Part shown: one piece after another, positions 57,831 to 64,000 of the stretch
Layout of the letters: the number at the start of each line of letters is the position of its first letter
Numbering within the stretch: the stretch's first letter is position 1
IMG/VR virus record: IMGVR_UViG_3300033145_003080
Location: 32,001 to 96,000 of that record
Reading direction: 5' to 3' (one strand)
Source of the DNA: a virus
DNA: 64,000 nt
Made by a program: the position numbers and the translations under genes
The notes under the pieces: generated by a model
The model's input: only the letters and a program-made list of their open reading frames with translations
The model's database searches: none
What the model was told of the DNA's origin: nothing

Positions 57831-58523
57831 ATGCCAACCGACCAAGAGAACATACTGCAATGGCAGAGGACGAAAGATCCGCGGTTGTTTGCTGATCTTA
57901 TTATTCGTTATCAGCCTGTGGTTAATAAGGTTGTTGGGCAATACCGCACTGTCGGCGTTTCCCCTGCCACGTTGCGTGCAGAGGCGACTACCCAACTCAT
58001 TAAATCCTTCAAGTCTTATGATCCGAAGCATGGTACCCAGCCGACTACGCACGTATGGAATAATTTGAAAAAGGTACAGCGTGTAGCATCTGAATCTCTT
58101 ATGTCAGGCCATATCCCTGAGAATAGAGCATTAAAGCGATCTACTTTTACCATTGTCAAAGATAATCTCGAGGATCGCCTCGGTCGGGAGCCGAGTACTT
58201 CTGAAATTGCTGATGAGATAGGATGGAATAAAAAAGAAGTTGCTCGTATGGAGCATGAACTTGGAGGGGAAGCAACTGCATCGAAAGCTTCTTTTGATTT
58301 TTATGGCAATGCGATAACTAAAGAACATCCTGATAAAGCGCTTGCTGATTATATGTATTATGAATTGGCTGGTCCGGACAAAGTTATTTTTGAACACACT
58401 TTTGGCTATGGTGGAAAGCGGATATTGAATAACAAAGAAATTGCGGGAAAGCTTCATAAAAATGAAATGTGGGTACATCGAGCGAAGAAGCGATTGTCGC
58501 AGAAAATTCAATCATATAGATAA
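57831..58523 (+). CDS. phage RNA polymerase sigma factor (sigma70 family, FliA/SigB-like)
   Basis: Region 2 (LIIRYQP..LIKSFKSYDPKHGT..TTH), region 3 (LGREPSTSEIADEIG), region 4 HTH (LNNKEIAGKL). Confidence 0.88.
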   Translation: MPTDQENILQWQRTKDPRLFADLIIRYQPVVNKVVGQYRTVGVSPATLRAEATTQLIKSFKSYDPKHGTQPTTHVWNNLKKVQRVASESLMSGHIPENRALKRSTFTIVKDNLEDRLGREPSTSEIADEIGWNKKEVARMEHELGGEATASKASFDFYGNAITKEHPDKALADYMYYELAGPDKVIFEHTFGYGGKRILNNKEIAGKLHKNEMWVHRAKKRLSQKIQSYR

Positions 58524-58532
58524 GGAGAAAAT

Positions 58533-59075
58533 ATGTTAGCGCCTGAAGTTTTAAAATCATTCAGTAACCATGTAGACATGGATAAGGTTGCGTACGGTGT
58601 GCAGAGTTATTATGCACATAAGGGTGGTGAGGTTGGGTCTTATGCGTCTCAAACCTATCCAGGGAAAGGGTTTAAGAAGAATGTTGAGATGGGAGTTGAC
58701 AGGTATGGTAGGAGTGTTTATGACAGGTGGTCACCATACAGCAAAGGGTCTTCTGATTATAATACTGCTGTAGAAAATTTAAAAGGGTCAAAGTATGGCA
58801 GGCGCTCTTTGCGGCGTGCTGGGGTTATTAAAAGAGAACCACTTTCAGGCGGATATGCAAAACCTGCCATTGCTGGTGCGGCTGTTGGTGGCACGGTTGG
58901 AGCGGTCGCTGGAGCCCACGGTGCTCTCCGTGCTGCACATCGTATATATAGAAAAACAGGCGTTCTTCCGATGCGAGCCGCAGGAAGAGTCGCTAGAAGG
59001 GTTGGTGTTGGCGGTGCCGTGCTTGGTGCTGGCATTGGACTGGCATCGAGATTTATAAGTAACAGAACTGCATAA
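58533..59075 (+). CDS. basic Gly/Ala-rich protein with glycine-zipper-like segments
   Basis: AIAGAAVGGTVGAVAG and VGGAVLGAGIG. Confidence 0.65.
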   Translation: MLAPEVLKSFSNHVDMDKVAYGVQSYYAHKGGEVGSYASQTYPGKGFKKNVEMGVDRYGRSVYDRWSPYSKGSSDYNTAVENLKGSKYGRRSLRRAGVIKREPLSGGYAKPAIAGAAVGGTVGAVAGAHGALRAAHRIYRKTGVLPMRAAGRVARRVGVGGAVLGAGIGLASRFISNRTA

Positions 59076-59161
59076 AGGATATTAAATGCCTCCTCCAAAA
59101 CAGGTACATCGGGCAAAGAAACGGTTGTCATAGAAGATTCAAACTTATCGATAGGGTTGAT

Positions 59162-61258
59162 ATGCATATTGCAGATATATACAACACGGCGTTTGTAGAT
59201 GAGCTTATGAAAGTGGCGAAATTTAAGGGAACGTTGTTGCCACATCAAGTTGAAGCGCTTGAGAAGTTCAACAAAGAAGACGCTATTCTTCTTTTGCATC
59301 ATTTGGGATCTGGTAAAACAATAACATCAATTGCCGGCACTGAAGATGGAGGTTCTGTTGATGTGGTTGTCCCAGCTTCTCTCAGAGAAAATTATAAAAA
59401 GGAATTGGCTAAATTTACAACACCCGGCGGTACAAAAAGAAATGTTATTTCTTATAATAAATATGTAAAAGAAGGACCGACGCCGGGAGCTAAAGCTGCT
59501 GTGTTTGATGAGCCTCAAAGGATTGGTAGGCATGGCACATTAACATCCCAAACTGTAGTTGGTTCTGCGCTATTGTACCCAAAAAGGATGCTTTTAACAG
59601 GAACTCCAGCGACAAATTATCCTTATGAACTTGCTCCTATTATAAGGACATTAACGCCTGAAGCAAAAAACATACCACTTGATCCAATTGCGTTTAAAAG
59701 TAAATTTCTCGGAGAAAAAAAGATTCGATTGTCACCACTTAAATATTTAATGGGGATGAAGCCTGGTGTTGAATTTTATCCGCGTAATGTTGAGGAGATC
59801 AAAGGCGCCATTAAGGGGAAGGTTCATTATTACAAACCTGATGAGGAGGGTTACCCAGAGCGTATTGATGAGGTTAAAAGTGTAGAAGCGTCCCCAGAAC
59901 AGGTAAAGTATTATAAATATGTTACCAAGCGAGCCAATCCGGTTGTTGCTTTAAAAGTGCGCATGAACATGCCTTTGTCTAAAAAGGAATCAAAGGAGTT
60001 AAACGCATTCATGACTGCCGCGAGACAAGTCTCAAATACAACAAAGCCATATGGTGGTAAAGAGCAATTGTCTCCAAAGTTAAAGACTGTTATTGACGAT
60101 TTTGAGGAAAGTGTTAATAAAAATAAAAAACACAAAGGTATTATATATTCTAATTATCTTGGGGCAGGTGTCGATATTATTGCTGAAGAAATGGAAAAGC
60201 GTGGCATTCCTTACACACGTTTTACTGGAAAATTAAATGATAAACAAAAAAAAGAATCTGTTGATAAATACAACAAAGGCGAAGTAAAGGCAATACTTGT
60301 AAGTGGGGCAGGGTCTGAAGGGCTTGATTTAAAAAATACTCGTTCTATACAAATAATTGAGCCACACTGGAATCAATCGAGAATAGAACAGGTTGTCGGA
60401 AGGGGTATTAGGTACAAGTCGCATGAGGGACTTCCTAAGTCTGAAAGAAAAGTTGATGTAATAAAATACCAAACAACGATTCCAAAAAAAATTATGCAAA
60501 AGATTTTTAAGAAAAAATCTGATACATCGGCAGATCAATATCTTGAAACTTTAAGTAAAGACAAACAGAGGCTTTTAGACAAATTCCTTGATATTTTTAA
60601 AGAAGAAGGAGTGCAGAAATCGGCTTTCGACATGATGTGTGAAAAAAAATACCAAGCAGTTTTTAAAGATGAGCTTGAAAAAATAGCTGCTGTTAATCCT
60701 GAAAATTATTTATATCATTATTTTTCTCCAAAAAGCATTAATAAAATGGTTAGTTCCGGCGGAATAGTGGCAACCCCAAGAAAAGCTTTTGGTGGTAAGA
60801 AAGTAACTGGTATTAGTACTACTAGAGACCCAAAGGCCACATTTTTTAAATCTCTTCCCACAAAAGGTGATGTGGGTTTCTTAAGGTTTAAATTATCAAA
60901 AGATATAATAAATAAAAATTATAAAATAAAACCTTTTGACGACATTGGGCTAAGAAGCATCGGAAAGTCTGAAGCTGAAGAATTAATTATTTTAAAAAAA
61001 ATAAAAGGCAAGCAATCAGTTGTACCTTTTTCAAAAATAAAATCAATTGAAGTTGCCGATCCTAGCGGGTTAAAAAATTATTTAAGAAGTGGCTCTATTG
61101 ATGTAAATAAAATCCCGCAGATTGATTTTTCAAAAATGGAAATATCAGGTGAAAATATGGAAAATATTATGGGGGCGCTTAAGCCGAAAGGGTCCTCAAA
61201 ACAAAGAATTAAAAATATACGAAAAATATTTAACGTTATGAAAAAATTAAAAAAATAA
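59162..61258 (+). CDS. SNF2-like SF2 helicase fused to a C-terminal ADP-ribosyltransferase-like domain
   Basis: LGSGKT, DEPQ, LTGTP, GSEGLDL, QVVGRGIR; C-terminal YLYH..STTRD..EAEE. Confidence 0.85.
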   Translation: MHIADIYNTAFVDELMKVAKFKGTLLPHQVEALEKFNKEDAILLLHHLGSGKTITSIAGTEDGGSVDVVVPASLRENYKKELAKFTTPGGTKRNVISYNKYVKEGPTPGAKAAVFDEPQRIGRHGTLTSQTVVGSALLYPKRMLLTGTPATNYPYELAPIIRTLTPEAKNIPLDPIAFKSKFLGEKKIRLSPLKYLMGMKPGVEFYPRNVEEIKGAIKGKVHYYKPDEEGYPERIDEVKSVEASPEQVKYYKYVTKRANPVVALKVRMNMPLSKKESKELNAFMTAARQVSNTTKPYGGKEQLSPKLKTVIDDFEESVNKNKKHKGIIYSNYLGAGVDIIAEEMEKRGIPYTRFTGKLNDKQKKESVDKYNKGEVKAILVSGAGSEGLDLKNTRSIQIIEPHWNQSRIEQVVGRGIRYKSHEGLPKSERKVDVIKYQTTIPKKIMQKIFKKKSDTSADQYLETLSKDKQRLLDKFLDIFKEEGVQKSAFDMMCEKKYQAVFKDELEKIAAVNPENYLYHYFSPKSINKMVSSGGIVATPRKAFGGKKVTGISTTRDPKATFFKSLPTKGDVGFLRFKLSKDIINKNYKIKPFDDIGLRSIGKSEAEELIILKKIKGKQSVVPFSKIKSIEVADPSGLKNYLRSGSIDVNKIPQIDFSKMEISGENMENIMGALKPKGSSKQRIKNIRKIFNVMKKLKK

Positions 61259-61270
61259 TAGGAAAAACCA

Positions 61271-63337
61271 ATGCCTCCCCCAAAACAAGCATGTGAAACT
61301 ATACTTAACACGCAAATGGCTGTGGTTAAGATTATTAAGCGTGTGCGTGAGATTTCTCAGAAACTTCGCACGCTACTCGAGAATAAATCTAAATTAAAAT
61401 ACGGCATTATTAATCTGCTGGATGTGATAGGGGCAGAGACGCTCACCGCTATTACTTCAGTAGCAGCATCGGCAGCAAAAGCTATACTTGGTGCAATGTC
61501 GGGTATGGCCAGCACGCTGCTCGAGTCAATTCTATCCAGCCTTCTTAAGATATTGCTTGCAAATCCAACTGCTATATTTTCTCTTGTTGCTATCCCCCAT
61601 AGCCAGGCAATTAAAGCCGTTACTGAAGAGAGGCTTTTGCTTCAACGCGCACGAAGGAATATGCGAACTATTTTATATATTATTCTTAAATGGACACAAG
61701 GGGTAAGCGGTGCCCGGTATTATAAACAGTTAAAGGCCGCTCTTCCTTATATCCAGAAAGCAATAGCATTATCAGTTGATATCATCCATGATTTGGAAGG
61801 AGAGCCGACAAAAGATAGTGAGGTAAGGAATGCCAAATTTAATGAGTCAAAATACATAGTAATGCAATGGAATCTCGAAATGGCAATTGATATAACAAAG
61901 CCTGATTCAATTGTTGATACTCGATTTCAAATTACAAAGAAAGTTGAACAAAACCGGAATAGACGGTATAGGCAACTTGCCGAAAAGATAGAGGATAATT
62001 ATAAAAAAAGACGAAAAGAGCTTGCTCGGTGGTATAGTAAACAGATATCACAAATTGACCATGAGAGCGAAAATTTATCAACCGCATTAAAGATGGAGCG
62101 GATACGACATGAATATGCATTTAAAAGAAAGATAATAGAAACTGAGCGCAAAGAAAAGCTCCATGCGGCTGAATTACAAGCGGCTTCAGAGTCTCTTGTT
62201 GACAAAAGTGCATATTTAAATGCTATTGGTGGGATTGCCGCAGAGTTTTCGAATGATATGATAAATCTCGCTGCTAATCTGGCTGAGTTTGTTGATAATG
62301 TGAAAGATGCGTATACAACATACCGGCGTAGTCAAAATTTGTGCAATGCTATTTATAGAATCAGAAATCTTATTACCAATCTGATTAATGAGATTGTTGA
62401 TATATTACGCAGAACTTCGAATGCATCAGCATCTGCGGCGATCAAATCTCTCGAGACAGCGCAGTCGATAATGGAGGTGGTGGAAGAGGATTTTATAGAT
62501 TCAACAGGAAGGTATGAAAATACCTCTGAGAAAATAAGTTCTTCTGAACTGGCCGGCGCAGTTATTTCAGGCTATGGTTTATTATCTTCAGCAGATGCGC
62601 TTCTTGACAGTACTATAACCAAAAGCCTTATCGATTTAGTAAATTCTGATGATGTACTTCAGACTGCAAACGAAGATTTTGAAGCATTTCATCAGGCTTT
62701 AACTCAGATTCCGGACTGGGATGGTCAACTAAATGTGTGGGCTGTAACCCCCACTGACAGTGCATTCAGTCCATATATACAGATGATAGCTGATTCAATA
62801 TCTGTTTTGGCAAAAGTTCCTGTACTCGCCATGTCAAACGATGAAGATGCCAGAATTGAGGTTACCAGAATATTAAAAGATATTAATAATACTTTTAGGG
62901 CTCTGTTTAATCATAATGCAATAGTAAGTAACACGCTCAATTCTTATGTGCCATATATGTCGTCTGAAGCTGGTAATTTGACGAGAATTTTGGCAAATGC
63001 AGGATTACTCGAGGAATTCGCAACTGGAATGAGTATTGCAGCAATGACTGCAGATATTGTAACATCTATAATAAAAGGTGGTCTCGATGATACTATGCCG
63101 ACATATGCCAATTGCCGTTCAGCTTATCCTGAGTTGTATGATAATGCTGACGCTGCAGAGGCTGCTGCGCTTGGTAACGCGAGCATTACTCCGGCGGAAG
63201 TAGATTTAAATTATATATCGAAAGTTGAAGATAAAGAAGTGCAGCGGCTTGGTGGTGATTCTTTTGCGAGGAACTGGGATATGAACAGTTCTCTAACAGA
63301 TGATAGTTTTGCTCGACCGGGCTCTGATGAGGGATAG
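61271..63337 (+). CDS. large alpha-helical hypothetical protein, probably virion-associated
   Basis: 688-aa coiled-coil-rich ORF in the late operon. Confidence 0.7.
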   Translation: MPPPKQACETILNTQMAVVKIIKRVREISQKLRTLLENKSKLKYGIINLLDVIGAETLTAITSVAASAAKAILGAMSGMASTLLESILSSLLKILLANPTAIFSLVAIPHSQAIKAVTEERLLLQRARRNMRTILYIILKWTQGVSGARYYKQLKAALPYIQKAIALSVDIIHDLEGEPTKDSEVRNAKFNESKYIVMQWNLEMAIDITKPDSIVDTRFQITKKVEQNRNRRYRQLAEKIEDNYKKRRKELARWYSKQISQIDHESENLSTALKMERIRHEYAFKRKIIETERKEKLHAAELQAASESLVDKSAYLNAIGGIAAEFSNDMINLAANLAEFVDNVKDAYTTYRRSQNLCNAIYRIRNLITNLINEIVDILRRTSNASASAAIKSLETAQSIMEVVEEDFIDSTGRYENTSEKISSSELAGAVISGYGLLSSADALLDSTITKSLIDLVNSDDVLQTANEDFEAFHQALTQIPDWDGQLNVWAVTPTDSAFSPYIQMIADSISVLAKVPVLAMSNDEDARIEVTRILKDINNTFRALFNHNAIVSNTLNSYVPYMSSEAGNLTRILANAGLLEEFATGMSIAAMTADIVTSIIKGGLDDTMPTYANCRSAYPELYDNADAAEAAALGNASITPAEVDLNYISKVEDKEVQRLGGDSFARNWDMNSSLTDDSFARPGSDEG

Positions 63338-63384
63338 AAAGATTAATCGATAGCGTTATAATGTTTTAATTACTATTTTAATAT

Positions 63385-63640
63385 TGTTACTGGCCACAAA
63401 ACATATTTGCGGTTTGAAAACGGCATTTCAATGCAAACAGTGACTAGCACAAGAGAAGTTCAAAATGAACAATATCTACGACGATAAACAGCTACAAGAA
63501 CGGAATCAGAGTGCTCCCACAGCTCTGCCCACTTCGGGGATTGCCGATCCTGATGTGTCTTTTGATACTAAGCTGAATTGTCATGTGCGAGTGGGTAATA
63601 CTGGTTATAGTACCAGGCCGAATGTCGGTAAACATACTAT
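63385..63640 (+). ncRNA. putative omegaRNA (HEARO-like) of IscB; boundaries approximate
   Basis: GACTAGC and GTGCTCC..AGCTC motifs plus hairpins directly upstream of the PLMP domain. Confidence 0.55.
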
Positions 63641-64000
63641 ATTTGTTTTAAATGTTAATGGTAAGCCATTAACCCCAACAACACCAGCAAAAGCAAGAAA
63701 GTTATTAAAAGGAGGTAAAGCAAAAAAATACTGGAGTAAGTTTAACACATTTGGTATTCAACTTGTTGATAAAACAAGAGAAGAAATACAGAAAACTGTA
63801 CTTGGATATGATCCAGGTAGTAAATTTGAAGGCGTTTCTGTGGTTTGTGGTGATGAGAATAATTTGTCTGTAAAATTAAATTTACCTAATAAAACAAATA
63901 TTGTTAATAAATTAAAAGAGCGCAGACAAATCAGAAGGAATAGAAGATATAGAAAATGTCGTAGAAGAAAAGCAAGGTTTTCAAATAGAAAAAGGAATGG
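63465..64000 (+). CDS. iscB: IscB/IsrB RNA-guided nuclease (RRXRR family), truncated by the window end
   Basis: FVLNVNGKPLTPTTPAKARKLLKGGKA (PLMP-like), RuvC-I GYDPG, bridge helix ERRQIRRNRRYRKCRRRKARFSNR; not in the ORF track. Confidence 0.88.
   Translation, partial: MNNIYDDKQLQERNQSAPTALPTSGIADPDVSFDTKLNCHVRVGNTGYSTRPNVGKHTIFVLNVNGKPLTPTTPAKARKLLKGGKAKKYWSKFNTFGIQLVDKTREEIQKTVLGYDPGSKFEGVSVVCGDENNLSVKLNLPNKTNIVNKLKERRQIRRNRRYRKCRRRKARFSNRKRN

Noticed and set aside
50699-63337. Genome-wide TAG reassignment (code 15)
   Set aside because: Large structural genes are uninterrupted under code 11 and some end at TAG directly before the next RBS (e.g. 57820-57822); internal TAGs were seen only in the 26.3-27.1 kb module
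1-64000. CRISPR array
   Set aside because: No regularly spaced direct repeats with unique spacers were seen; the repeats found are promoters or short coding duplications

Overview
This is a 64-kb segment of an AT-rich jumbo or mega bacteriophage genome. A captured FISUMP/T9SS-type gene tentatively points to a Fibrobacterota-like host. Positions 1-34150 and 44600-50600 are minus-strand accessory genes, driven by a conserved phage promoter (NGTKAK-N17-TATAAS, nine exact-spacing copies). Positions 34212-44585 are a plus-strand accessory block. Positions 50699-63337 carry virion-structure-like genes, a phage sigma factor and an SNF2 helicase fused to an ART-like domain. Mobile elements: TnpB, a truncated IscB with its omegaRNA, three HNH endonucleases, and an intein in a Topo VI-A/Spo11-like TOPRIM gene. 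The most striking feature is at about 24.1-27.1 kb, a module apparently gated by amber (UAG) readthrough. It has a 22-codon leader (MLPL*ITTQHPP*LYPRKRKPP-TAA) with two in-frame TAGs, followed by an anti-Shine-Dalgarno sequence that can sequester the next gene's RBS. Downstream are a Pth2-like gene split by a TAG, three aberrant tRNA-like RNAs, two unclassified structured RNAs, a CUA-anticodon suppressor tRNA and an RlaP-family nucleotidyltransferase. The window also encodes a tmRNA with an atypical 26-aa tag lacking the usual C-terminal Ala-Ala, and a probable programmed -1 frameshift gene. All calls are from reading the sequence and recognising motifs; no searches were run.
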